Shown here piece after piece: positions 34,893 through 43,540 of a stretch of DNA of 44,171 bases. Under the pieces are notes generated by a model, which saw only the letters and a program-made list of their open reading frames with translations, was not told the origin of the DNA and did not search any database. Within the stretch, counting starts at the first letter, position 1. Each line of letters opens with the position of its first letter. Source of the DNA: a virus (lineage: Duplodnaviria; Caudoviricetes); IMG/VR virus record IMGVR_UViG_3300010214_000004, positions 1 through 44,171 of that record. One strand, 5' to 3'. The position numbers and the translations under genes are program-made.

Positions 34893-36860
34893 ATGTCTGA
34901 GCACCTGCTTACACCCCCAACGAATCGAGAGGCAGAGCAGTCCGTTCTCGGCGCCCTGCTGGCAGACCGCGAAGTGCTTGGAGAAGCACTTGCGCGGCTG
35001 CAACCGGAAGACTTCTTCACCGAGGACAACCGCGCTGTGTACCGCGCGATCCTCGCCCTGCACGAGCGCGGCGCAGCGTTCGACACAAACGCCGTCATGG
35101 CGCACCTGGAAGCCGAGCGAAACACCGACCTGTCTGCTTATATCATCGGCCTGCACGGATCGCCGCGCAACATCGCCACCTACTGCGACGCCGTGCGCAC
35201 TGCCAGCCTGAAGCGGCGACTGATCGACATCGGCGCTGCAATCACCGCGCGCGGCTACAACTGCGCCAGCCCCGAAGAAATCATCACTGAAGGCTTCGCC
35301 GAGTTGTCCGGCGCGCTCTCGCGCACTGAGGCCAAGTCCATCGAGCCAGTGGACATGTTCTCCGACTACGCTACCTCCGCGCTGGCGCCTGACCTGCTGC
35401 CGCCGGGCGTAGCCGAGTACGCCATCGATCAAGCGCGCGTCATCGGCATCGCGCCGGAGATGGTCGCCCTGTCGTGCCTTGGGACCATTGCCGGCGCTAT
35501 CCACGACGACTTCAAGATCAGGCCCAAGGCCAACGAGGCTAAGTGGTCCGAGCGGGCCTGCCTGTGGTTCATGTTGATCGCCCCTCCCGGCTCCAAGAAG
35601 TCGGCCGCAGTCAAGCGAGCCATGGCCCCACTGCGCGCCATCGACGCCGAGCTGACGGCCGAGCACAGCGCCGCCATGCGGGACTTCCTCCCAAAGGAGC
35701 GGGAGTACGCCATACGGGCCAAGGATGCGGCCAGGAACGCCGCCAAGGGCCAAGGCTATGAGGAGCCGCCACAGCCGCCGGAACGGCCGCCACAGCGCCG
35801 CGCGATCGTCCAGGACGTCACCACGGAGAAGCTTGGCGAGCTGCTGCTGGACAACCCCCGCGGCCTGACCTGGTACAGCGACGAACTGGTGGTGTGGTTC
35901 TCGGCGCTGCAGGGCTATTCCAAGGGTGACGGCGGCCGTGGCCGCGGCATGGCGCTGCAGGCGTATGAGGGCGGCAGCTATACGTTCGACCGCATCGGCC
36001 GCGGGTCCACCCACGTCCCGAACTGGTCCTACAGCGTGATCGGCACAACCCAGCCGGAGAAGATCGCCGAGCTGGTCGCCAAGCAGGCCGACGACGGCCT
36101 GATGCAGCGGTTCATGATCGTCGACATCACTACCCGGCCGCCGCTGCCTGACCATGACCGGCCAGCAGATCCCCGCATCGAGCGCCAGTACGAGGAGGCC
36201 ATCCGAAACGTCTGGAACACCAAGCCTGGCGAGTCTGGGACGATCGTCACGCTGTCACCGGAAGCGCAGGCCGACATGCGCGCCTTCTCGGACTTCGTGA
36301 ACCGCACTGTGGCTGGCGGCGGGCTGCCGTCCATGCTGATCGGCCACCTATCCAAGTGGGAGGGTCTGTGGCCTCGCCTGGTGCTCGTGTACCACTGTTG
36401 GGGCTGCGCGCTGGCAGGGAAGCACCCTGGCACCACCCCCGTCTCTGCGCGCACCACAGGGCGCGTCACGCGCTTCATGAAAGAGTTCCTGCTGCCACAG
36501 TCGCTGCGCTTCTACGGCGGCCTTGCTGGCGCTGGCGACTCGGTGTACGGAATCGCCCAGAAGGTCGCCTCCATGATCCTGTCCGAGCGTTCAGCCAGGG
36601 TCACAAGCCGCGAGCTTCACCGCAGTGTGAACGCTTGGCGTGTGACGTCTGAGCAGAACCGTCGAGCAGCTATCCAACTCTTGAAGGAATGTGGCTGGAT
36701 CATCGCTTCCGAGTCTGGCCGGATGGGTGGCGAGTCGGCTTGGATCGTGGCTCCTCAGGTGCATGTGATGTTCGCTGAACGGGCTCATCAGGAGCGCAAG
36801 CGTAGGACTGAGGCTCGTGATGGGATGCGTTCGTTGCGGGATGTTGCTGGGTTGAGGTGA
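34893..36860 (+). CDS. replication helicase: DnaB N-terminal domain fused to DUF3987/YfjI-type AAA+ domain
   Basis: PP...EAEQSVLG.LL...DF, NI.TY...VR..S..R; Walker A APPGSKKS, Walker B YSDEL, GTTQP, DGLMQRF. Confidence 0.88.
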   Translation: MSEHLLTPPTNREAEQSVLGALLADREVLGEALARLQPEDFFTEDNRAVYRAILALHERGAAFDTNAVMAHLEAERNTDLSAYIIGLHGSPRNIATYCDAVRTASLKRRLIDIGAAITARGYNCASPEEIITEGFAELSGALSRTEAKSIEPVDMFSDYATSALAPDLLPPGVAEYAIDQARVIGIAPEMVALSCLGTIAGAIHDDFKIRPKANEAKWSERACLWFMLIAPPGSKKSAAVKRAMAPLRAIDAELTAEHSAAMRDFLPKEREYAIRAKDAARNAAKGQGYEEPPQPPERPPQRRAIVQDVTTEKLGELLLDNPRGLTWYSDELVVWFSALQGYSKGDGGRGRGMALQAYEGGSYTFDRIGRGSTHVPNWSYSVIGTTQPEKIAELVAKQADDGLMQRFMIVDITTRPPLPDHDRPADPRIERQYEEAIRNVWNTKPGESGTIVTLSPEAQADMRAFSDFVNRTVAGGGLPSMLIGHLSKWEGLWPRLVLVYHCWGCALAGKHPGTTPVSARTTGRVTRFMKEFLLPQSLRFYGGLAGAGDSVYGIAQKVASMILSERSARVTSRELHRSVNAWRVTSEQNRRAAIQLLKECGWIIASESGRMGGESAWIVAPQVHVMFAERAHQERKRRTEARDGMRSLRDVAGLR

Positions 36861-36878
36861 GTCCGCCGGGAACTTGGC

Positions 36879-36910
36879 AAAGAAAACCCCGCTTACGCGG
36901 GGTTATTTTT
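36879..36910. terminator. bidirectional terminator between convergent operons
   Basis: AAAGAAAACCCCGC-TTAC-GCGGGGTTATTTTT. Confidence 0.9.
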
Positions 36911-36927
36911 GTCTGCTCACTCTTGGT

Positions 36928-37353
36928 CTACCCACCCCCGCCGCCCTGCTGCATGGCGGAGTCGATGGCGGCGTCGAAATCACACCCCTCGGTTCCGATG
37001 GCCGCATCTATGGATGCCCTAGGCAGCATTACAGACAGCTTTGCGGCATCTGGCGTGCTTACCAGCCACCACGAAGCCTGATCTCGAAGCCACCGATACC
37101 TCTCCGCATCCCGCAAAGCCCCCGCGATCTCGGCGGAGTGGGTGCGCCGATTCCATGCAGCGATTGCGGCCGGTCTAGCATCGTCCATGATGGCGACATG
37201 TTTGGGTCCTGATCCGTAGCACTGCCCGCACTCAACAGCAGCACAAGGATCTCCGTCTTCATCGGTAAATAGGTGAAGTTCCGGCTGCGTCCCACAAAAC
37301 GGACACGGCAACAGCACCACACCGCCCAGGTCTTGCGCGAGGGGGTTAGTCAT
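36928..37353 (-). CDS. Lar-like restriction alleviation domain protein
   Basis: LLPCPFCG...VECGQC...AIAAWNRR, then DAERYRWLR module. Confidence 0.8.
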   Translation of the reverse strand: MTNPLAQDLGGVVLLPCPFCGTQPELHLFTDEDGDPCAAVECGQCYGSGPKHVAIMDDARPAAIAAWNRRTHSAEIAGALRDAERYRWLRDQASWWLVSTPDAAKLSVMLPRASIDAAIGTEGCDFDAAIDSAMQQGGGGG

Positions 37354-37598
37354 TGGCCTAGCCCCATTGCGCGCTTGATGCGCCGGATGCGGTTACGAAC
37401 CCACTGGCCTTCACGGTTGATCGTGAAAAGACTGCGACGTCTGTTCGATTTGTACGACGGCGGCCAGAACACGCTGACCTCGTAGTTCATCGGATTTAGC
37501 CACACCCGCAGCGGGATCGTGTGACGCGGAACGTCGCGCCAGTACATCCAGACCCACAGCATCGGGTGGCCGAAAACCTTATGTTCGGGGCAATACAT
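37350..37598 (-). CDS. hypothetical Trp/Arg-rich protein
   Basis: 82 aa; AAGGAG RBS; coupled. Confidence 0.7.
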   Translation of the reverse strand: MYCPEHKVFGHPMLWVWMYWRDVPRHTIPLRVWLNPMNYEVSVFWPPSYKSNRRRSLFTINREGQWVRNRIRRIKRAMGLGQ

Positions 37599-37600
37599 GG

Positions 37601-38479
37601 CTACTCCTTCCCGCCCTGCGCGGCGTTCTGTTGGTGGTCGGCCTCGCCGCTTGCAACTGAGGCGATATAGGTGACAGAGCCACGGCCTGCGTCGCCATTC
37701 TCTGTCTTGAAAGCCAGCGTATCCAATATGTCAGTGTTCGCATCCTGACCACCAGCCTCCTCTTTAATCGCAGCATCGATGGCATCTCGGAAAGTTGCCC
37801 CTTGCCCGCTGCCGCCCATGCCATGTACGAACCAATCGCCATCACCTGGCTGGTCGTTAAGTATTCCGAAGTCGAACTCGTATCCGCCTTGGCGGGCAAT
37901 CCAATCCAGCCGCTTCGTGTCGTCCACCCCCTCGCCGCTGGCGGCTGCCTCTCCCCGCTGCTGGGTCAGGGATTGCTCTAGGGCGACTTGCTTGACCGCC
38001 TCTCTCGCCGCTTCTTTCGTTATGCTCATCCCTTCGACATCAAAGTCTTTGACTGGGAATGAAGACTCCGGCAATAGGCGCTTGGCCCACTCGGCAACCA
38101 TCATTCGGTCACGCCGGCTTGATTGCTGCTCGGCCATCTTGGTGTGCGCCCACGCCTTCATTTCAGCGGCTACTTGACGCGGTTCCGAGAGGGCGGATGC
38201 AACCAGTTCAGGCAGGTCGTGGTAGCTCCATGCGGTGCCGGCAGGCTCGGGGCCTTTCAGGATGACGGCAATGCCGGCTAGCAGTCGGCCAAGCTCGGTG
38301 ATGACGTGAGTGTCCTCGTCGCCCTGTTCGATTAGCCTGGTGATGACGCGCAGAGCATCGTCCTCAACGAAGCTGGTAGGGTCGCCGCCCATGCACAGGC
38401 GGCTAGCATCCTCATGCCATCCGTGAGTGCGATACTCAGCGGCCAACAGTTCTCGTGCCTTTTGCTTGATCTCATCCAT
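37601..38479 (-). CDS. mosaic hypothetical protein
   Basis: ARELLAAEY, DDTKRLDWI and FRDAIDAA modules. Confidence 0.75.
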   Translation of the reverse strand: MDEIKQKARELLAAEYRTHGWHEDASRLCMGGDPTSFVEDDALRVITRLIEQGDEDTHVITELGRLLAGIAVILKGPEPAGTAWSYHDLPELVASALSEPRQVAAEMKAWAHTKMAEQQSSRRDRMMVAEWAKRLLPESSFPVKDFDVEGMSITKEAAREAVKQVALEQSLTQQRGEAAASGEGVDDTKRLDWIARQGGYEFDFGILNDQPGDGDWFVHGMGGSGQGATFRDAIDAAIKEEAGGQDANTDILDTLAFKTENGDAGRGSVTYIASVASGEADHQQNAAQGGKE

Positions 38480-38912
38480 TCCTGTTCTCCTTTGCTTTCT
38501 GGCGAGCTATGACTTTCCGTGCCTTGTCGCATTGGCGACAGTGACGATCCTTCCAGCCCTGTGATCGCTTTCTGAAAATGGTGTTCTCTTCGGTGTATTC
38601 GTGCCCCTGTGGGCAATGTGTCTTCGTGGCGTTTGGGTATCGCAGACGAGCGCTGGCATCCATCGCGTTCTCTCGCTGAGTTCCCCATCGCAGATGAGCC
38701 GCGTTGACACAGCGCGGGTTATCGCAGGAGTGGAGCGCTCCGTGAGTTCTAGATGGCCTGTGTCTCCCATCAATTTCTAGAGCAACGTGAGTAGCCAGTC
38801 GGCGTCCGAACGCTCCGTAATCCCTAGCTAGGCGCGGGCCTATCCATAGGTGGCAATCGCCGTTAGGCCCATGACCTGGTGACGTGTCCACGAAGGAAAA
38901 GAAGTCACTCAT
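38472..38912 (-). CDS. HNH homing endonuclease
   Basis: CHLWIG, YG.F, HSCDNPRCVNAAHLRWGT..EN; C-terminal KTHCPQGHEY...CRQC. Confidence 0.9.
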   Translation of the reverse strand: MSDFFSFVDTSPGHGPNGDCHLWIGPRLARDYGAFGRRLATHVALEIDGRHRPSRTHGALHSCDNPRCVNAAHLRWGTQRENAMDASARLRYPNATKTHCPQGHEYTEENTIFRKRSQGWKDRHCRQCDKARKVIARQKAKENRNG

Positions 38913-39543
38913 CCCGCGCCCGCTCACTCACCGACGCGGCGGACGGGGGCTGGGGTGCAGCAGTCACGGGAACGATGAGTTCCTTCAGGCCATCTGGCCG
39001 GTCTCGCCATTCCAGCGAAACGGATTTCCCGCCAATCTCGGCTTCAATGAATGTCGGGAACGGGTCGGCGTTCTTCCAGTCGCACACAATGGCGACATGA
39101 CGGGCAGGATTGGGCTTGCAGCATCCATGACCTTCGTTTTCCGGGCACGAGGCCGGATCGCCGCTGCAACCTGGGTACTCCCCACCACTCGCGGGTGGCG
39201 CTGCGGCGAGCATGGCGCGGTAGCCGGCCTTGACGCTGAGTCCGGTTCCGTAGCCCTTGGGTTGCGCGCCCCTCCATGCGGCCAACATTTCCGGCGTCGG
39301 CTCAACCGGCACCAGCTTCCACCCCTCCACCACCCCCGCAGTCTGCGAGAGGGCGGCGGCGTAGTCGCGGGCGTATTGGTGCGTTTGGTCGGCGGTGTAA
39401 AGGTCGGGGGACTTTTCGTAGCCGCCCGCTTCGTAGCCTTGGCGAACAGCCATCGTGTTGCTCCTGTTTGCGATCACGGCCTTCTGGAAAGGCTTAGGCA
39501 ACTCCGGCATCGTCTGTGCGGCTTGGTTGTTCATTTCGTTCAC
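38905..39543 (-). CDS. mosaic hypothetical protein
   Basis: LYTADQ..YAR, GWKLVPVEPTPEM and Cys-rich modules. Confidence 0.75.
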   Translation of the reverse strand: MNEMNNQAAQTMPELPKPFQKAVIANRSNTMAVRQGYEAGGYEKSPDLYTADQTHQYARDYAAALSQTAGVVEGWKLVPVEPTPEMLAAWRGAQPKGYGTGLSVKAGYRAMLAAAPPASGGEYPGCSGDPASCPENEGHGCCKPNPARHVAIVCDWKNADPFPTFIEAEIGGKSVSLEWRDRPDGLKELIVPVTAAPQPPSAASVSERARDE

Positions 39544-39767
39544 CAGTTCTTGTGTGCGTCCCAGCTCTGATCGGCGCTGGCGTTGTCGTGATCCCAGTCG
39601 CGCACGGCCTGCCGCTCCAGAAAGTCACGGTGTTGGCCGGTCTCGCGCTCCTGCTTGATTGCCTTGCAGCGCTTGGAGCAGAACCGCGCCCAGCCACGCG
39701 CAACGTCGGCAGCGCGAGCGGTAAACGACTGTTTGCAGCACTCGCATGTGCGCGACACCCTAGTCAT
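39540..39767 (-). CDS. Zn-finger protein
   Basis: CECC...F.AR.ADV.RGWARFCSKRC. Confidence 0.8.
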   Translation of the reverse strand: MTRVSRTCECCKQSFTARAADVARGWARFCSKRCKAIKQERETGQHRDFLERQAVRDWDHDNASADQSWDAHKNW

Positions 39768-40039
39768 TCCGGCTTCTCCTGGCGCAGGGTGTAGAGGGGC
39801 TGGGCGACTCCAACGTCGATGGTCTTGAATACGGCCATCGTGAACCCTGCCGTCCCTGGCATCGTTCCGGCTTGCCCAATCGGCACTACCCAAGCCCCCA
39901 GCGCGGCGGCTAGGGCTGCGCGAGCATCATCGCGGCACGCTGCGATAGGGAATGGCACGCCGGTGTTAGACAGATGCCGCTTGCTGATGGCCTCAGCCGC
40001 AACCTCCACCACCCAATCAGGCACGTCTATCTCGGTCAT
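39764..40039 (-). CDS. hypothetical protein
   Basis: MPGT.GFTMAVF motif; coupled. Confidence 0.75.
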   Translation of the reverse strand: MTEIDVPDWVVEVAAEAISKRHLSNTGVPFPIAACRDDARAALAAALGAWVVPIGQAGTMPGTAGFTMAVFKTIDVGVAQPLYTLRQEKPE

Positions 40040-40431
40040 GTCGGGTCGGCTCCGGTGAGGGTGGCATGCTTGAGAACTTCGTCAGCCTTCCATGCAAGCG
40101 TCTGCATGTGATGTGGCCACGGTCGGATGCCTTCGTTGTAGTAGTCGAAACATTCGGTGCGAACGGCGGTAACAAACGCCTCCAACTCCCCCACGCGCCG
40201 CTCGGCGGCGTCGGCTCTCGCCCGCAGCTCGGCCACTGTGGCGGCGGATGCGGCGGCTTCTGCCTTCAGCTCGGCAACGTAGTCGCCATGGAAAAGGCTG
40301 ATCCCTGCGGGCGCGCCATGACCGTTAAGCGTCGCTCGCGCACCATTCTTGCCATCGGTCACTGCGATCCGAAGATCGGGGCAGTAGTCCCAGTTATCGG
40401 CCTTCTCATCCACTTCGTTGTCCTTGGGCAT
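40036..40431 (-). CDS. hypothetical coiled-coil protein
   Basis: 131 aa; GAGG RBS; coupled. Confidence 0.7.
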   Translation of the reverse strand: MPKDNEVDEKADNWDYCPDLRIAVTDGKNGARATLNGHGAPAGISLFHGDYVAELKAEAAASAATVAELRARADAAERRVGELEAFVTAVRTECFDYYNEGIRPWPHHMQTLAWKADEVLKHATLTGADPT

Positions 40432-40435
40432 GGGG

Positions 40436-40573
40436 TCATCCTCTCTCTGCTGAAGTAACGAAGGCGCGCTCTCGCGTCGGCTCTGTTGCTATCACTGCGG
40501 CCACACCAGCCAGTGCAATCAGGATTGCCAGCGCATCAGCATGGCGTCGCAGCCACCAGTTAAACCTATACAC
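40436..40573 (-). CDS. 45-aa membrane peptide (not in ORF track)
   Basis: MYRFNWWLRRHADALAILIALAGVAAVIATEP...; fills the gap exactly. Confidence 0.55.
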   Translation of the reverse strand: MYRFNWWLRRHADALAILIALAGVAAVIATEPTRERAFVTSAERG

Positions 40574-40814
40574 GGCTCACCACCAGCTCTGCGCGCTCCT
40601 CGATCTGGCGCCACAGCTTCGCCTTGGCAAACCCATCGCGCGGACCGCCAAGGTAGTCTCCCATGATGGCCTGCACGGCGGTGGTGTCGTCGTCGGTCCA
40701 GTGCTCCTCCAGGAGATCCTGCGTCGTCAACTCGGGGCCGTCGTAATCCGGGCTGTTCGGGTGATGACGGTCGCCGGGAAGGTCGCCGGGGCCGAGTGTC
40801 GGGTACTTATGCAT
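40566..40814 (-). CDS. hypothetical acidic protein
   Basis: ATG 40814 after GGAG; directly downstream of a promoter. Confidence 0.75.
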   Translation of the reverse strand: MHKYPTLGPGDLPGDRHHPNSPDYDGPELTTQDLLEEHWTDDDTTAVQAIMGDYLGGPRDGFAKAKLWRQIEERAELVVSRV

Positions 40815-41064
40815 GTTCTCTGTCTCCGTGGGTACAGGCATTGTGCGCCTGCGTCAACCCCTTGTCAATTCCATTACGCATCGGCTGGTACTCCGCTCGT
40901 CGGCCGGCGACGGTGTGGGCGGATTGGGTGGCGTATGCGGCTGCTAGCGCTGCCTGTGCCGCTGCCTCGGCTCGCTCGCGCCATGCCTGCCGGCGGTCTA
41001 CGGTGCGGCCCATGGGGACTGTCATGGGGCGCTCGGGTTCTGGCTGGAGGGTGAAGGTCAGCAT
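40807..41064 (-). CDS. hypothetical protein
   Basis: ATG 41064 overlaps upstream stop; 3' end runs through the promoter. Confidence 0.5.
   Translation of the reverse strand: MLTFTLQPEPERPMTVPMGRTVDRRQAWRERAEAAAQAALAAAYATQSAHTVAGRRAEYQPMRNGIDKGLTQAHNACTHGDREHA
40840..40868 (-). promoter_or_regulatory. sigma70-type promoter
   Basis: TTGACA-AGGGGTTGACGCAGGCG(17)-CACAAT. Confidence 0.75.
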
Positions 41065-42224
41065 GCCCGCAGCCCCAGTCGGACCACCAGCCCGATAAAC
41101 ACGTTCTGGAAGGCCCGCGTTTCGTCGGCAAGCCCAGTCATCGCGTGTACGGCTTCCTCCAGATAGCCGGCCAGGAACTCGTCGCGCCCCATCATCAGCA
41201 GCTTCGTTGAGAGCCACACTTCGCGCGTGGCGGTCACCGTGACGGCGAGCGTACCGTCGGCCAGGTCACGGGTGAAGAACAGCTTGTCGCGCGGGATAAC
41301 GTCCACGCCTACGTGCCGGCACAGGCGCTCCCCAAGCTCTACCAGCTCGGCGGCATCGTGAGGCCACTCACACGCCGCATACGCGCCACCGGTGGCCTCC
41401 TTGTAGGTGCGCCATGCCTTGCGGATGTGCGGGTGACGGATGGCCTTCTGCCGCTCATCGAGCCACTGCAAAAGCTCCTCATTCCCGATCGACTGCACGA
41501 TGTATGGGTTCAGGTTGTCCACCCAGAAGTCGCCCACGTCGCCATGCCCGATAACCTGCCGCATGAACTCGCGGTCCCAGGTAGTAGGCGCGCGGACTGC
41601 CCAGGAAAGCTCACTGCGGACGGTCGCCAGGTCGAGCAAGCGATCCTCGGACAGCGACCCATTGGTGACGTTCACCGTCACCGGCGCCTCCGTGGCGAAG
41701 GAACCGGCGCGAATGCCTCGGAAGTAATAGTGCCGCGACGGCCCCTCGTGAATCGTGGCGCCGATGGCGGACGATACCAAGACGGGCAGCCCTTCGCGAA
41801 GGAAGACGCCTTCGTCGCGGCCGGCGGCCTCTACCTCAGCGCATCGCACCGTGATGACGGTAACCGCATCCTCCGGCGCATGCGACCATCCTCCGCCCTC
41901 ATCGAGCGCGTTGGATGCCAGATCTCTGAACAGTTGCCACGGCTCCCAGTGTTTGCCCAGGTCCGTCGTGAATCCGCAGGCGACGCCGTTGCAGTGGATG
42001 ACGCCGAAGGATTTGCCGCGGATGTCGATGGCTACGGCGGTGAACTCGTATCGCTTGCCCTCGATGGTCATGGCGATACTCCCTCCAAGGCGCAGGACGC
42101 CAGCGATGGCGTATTTCAACCCGGTGCCGAACTTACCAATGGCGTTATCGGAACCCTTGACGGACACGCCCATGGTGGTAGCGGCCTCGATGGGCAGGAT
42201 GGTCGGGGAGTGGAAGGTAATCAT
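41058..42224 (-). CDS. GHKL-type ATPase (permuted motif order) with C-terminal zincin-like motif
   Basis: IGKFGTGLKYA precedes FRDLASNALDEGG; C-terminal LEEAVHAMTG..DETRAFQN. Confidence 0.75.
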   Translation of the reverse strand: MITFHSPTILPIEAATTMGVSVKGSDNAIGKFGTGLKYAIAGVLRLGGSIAMTIEGKRYEFTAVAIDIRGKSFGVIHCNGVACGFTTDLGKHWEPWQLFRDLASNALDEGGGWSHAPEDAVTVITVRCAEVEAAGRDEGVFLREGLPVLVSSAIGATIHEGPSRHYYFRGIRAGSFATEAPVTVNVTNGSLSEDRLLDLATVRSELSWAVRAPTTWDREFMRQVIGHGDVGDFWVDNLNPYIVQSIGNEELLQWLDERQKAIRHPHIRKAWRTYKEATGGAYAACEWPHDAAELVELGERLCRHVGVDVIPRDKLFFTRDLADGTLAVTVTATREVWLSTKLLMMGRDEFLAGYLEEAVHAMTGLADETRAFQNVFIGLVVRLGLRAC

Positions 42225-42508
42225 GCGATGGGCTCCAAGGTAAGGGCGGGGGTGTAAATGTCGGTCAGCGGCTCATCCCGCCCGGTAACCGACGCGATAG
42301 CGCGACGCACGGACACCGCGCGCCGGCTATTGGTGGTGTCGAACTCCAGGCTCAGCGCGCCAGACCGCAGGCAGCAGTTAACCCCGGTCGGAGTAAGCGT
42401 TAGCCAGCAGACGCGCTCGCCGCGCTTGAAGGCCCAGTCACTGACGTGGCGCGGGATTCCAGGTATCCCGGCCAGGTCGCCGGGGGTGGTGACAATTTCG
42501 GTTTGCAT
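42221..42508 (-). CDS. hypothetical protein
   Basis: 95 aa; GGAG RBS; coupled. Confidence 0.7.
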   Translation of the reverse strand: MQTEIVTTPGDLAGIPGIPRHVSDWAFKRGERVCWLTLTPTGVNCCLRSGALSLEFDTTNSRRAVSVRRAIASVTGRDEPLTDIYTPALTLEPIA

Positions 42509-42514
42509 CGGCTG

Positions 42515-42727
42515 TTACTCCGTATCCAGGGCGGCTAGGAGGGCGTCGGCGAACGCAACAGCGCACTGCGCTGTCTGTTGGCCACCCCAAGACGAGACCT
42601 GTGGGTCTGGGTTTGCGCTGAGCCCCTGCATCGCCATCGCCGCGAATAGTTCGCGCTTTGTTAGGCCGGTCTCGACCACCTCCCCCATGCTACCGTGCGA
42701 TGTGTATACGGGGTCATGCGCGCTCAC
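42515..42727 (-). CDS. conserved small phage protein
   Basis: GLTKRELFAAMAMQGL...ADALLAAL. Confidence 0.85.
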   Translation of the reverse strand: MSAHDPVYTSHGSMGEVVETGLTKRELFAAMAMQGLSANPDPQVSSWGGQQTAQCAVAFADALLAALDTE

Positions 42728-43014
42728 GGCACCACCTCCCCATCCTTACCCGCGCCATCCTCCCAGGCGGCATCGTCGCCGCCGGGCTCGCCCGAGCAGA
42801 TATGCCAACCCGTCGCCACGCGCGGATCGTCTACCGGCGGCGGGGCCAGGCGCGGCGTGATGCCGCCAGACTGCCCCTGCACGTAGTGGCAGCCGGTGGC
42901 TGTGTCGATGATGACCTCGCTCACCGGTGCGGCGGGCGCATCGGGCCATTGCGATAGGCAGGCAGCGGCTCCCAGGATGATGCCGATTGCGAATGTGGTT
43001 ATGGGCTCACGCAT
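42724..43014 (-). CDS. membrane-anchored hypothetical protein (DUF6440-like)
   Basis: N-terminal TM helix; IIDTATGCHY...GGITPRL. Confidence 0.7.
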   Translation of the reverse strand: MREPITTFAIGIILGAAACLSQWPDAPAAPVSEVIIDTATGCHYVQGQSGGITPRLAPPPVDDPRVATGWHICSGEPGGDDAAWEDGAGKDGEVVP

Positions 43015-43528
43015 TGGGCGGCCCCGCTGCTTCCAGGGCGGCGCGTGCGGCCTCTAGCAATGACGTTGCAGCTTCGCACTCTTCGTCGGCGTGTTCGTCG
43101 CCGTCGTCCGCCAGATCAAGAATTGCGGACACCCCGTTTTCCGCGTAAGGCATCACGCCACGCAACGCCGACACCAGCGCGTCGTGCGCGTTGACGCACG
43201 CGACGATGCGCGCGGCGCGAGCGCGCTGCACGGATTCCGGCCACGCTGGCATGAAAGGCAGGTCTAGCACGGTATCGTCGCCCTCCTTTATGAACACTCC
43301 GACCTCTCCGCTAGATACGGCGTAGTCTTCCGCGCGCCACGCGCCATCGCTCGGCGCGGCCGCGCGCTGGGCGTCATACGCGGCGAGGGCTTCGCGCCAT
43401 GCGTCGCGTGCTTCGTTGCGCGGGCAGGGAATATCTCGCGCGCCGGCTTTCAATAATTCCGCCTGTTTGTCAGCTGCGGCGAGCGCTTGGCGCAGCGCAT
43501 CGGCTAGGCGTTGTTCGGTGGTGGTCAT
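43007..43528 (-). CDS. mosaic hypothetical protein
   Basis: AARIVACVNAHDALV motif; AAGGAG RBS. Confidence 0.8.
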   Translation of the reverse strand: MTTTEQRLADALRQALAAADKQAELLKAGARDIPCPRNEARDAWREALAAYDAQRAAAPSDGAWRAEDYAVSSGEVGVFIKEGDDTVLDLPFMPAWPESVQRARAARIVACVNAHDALVSALRGVMPYAENGVSAILDLADDGDEHADEECEAATSLLEAARAALEAAGPPNA

Positions 43529-43540
43529 GTCAATGGCTCC

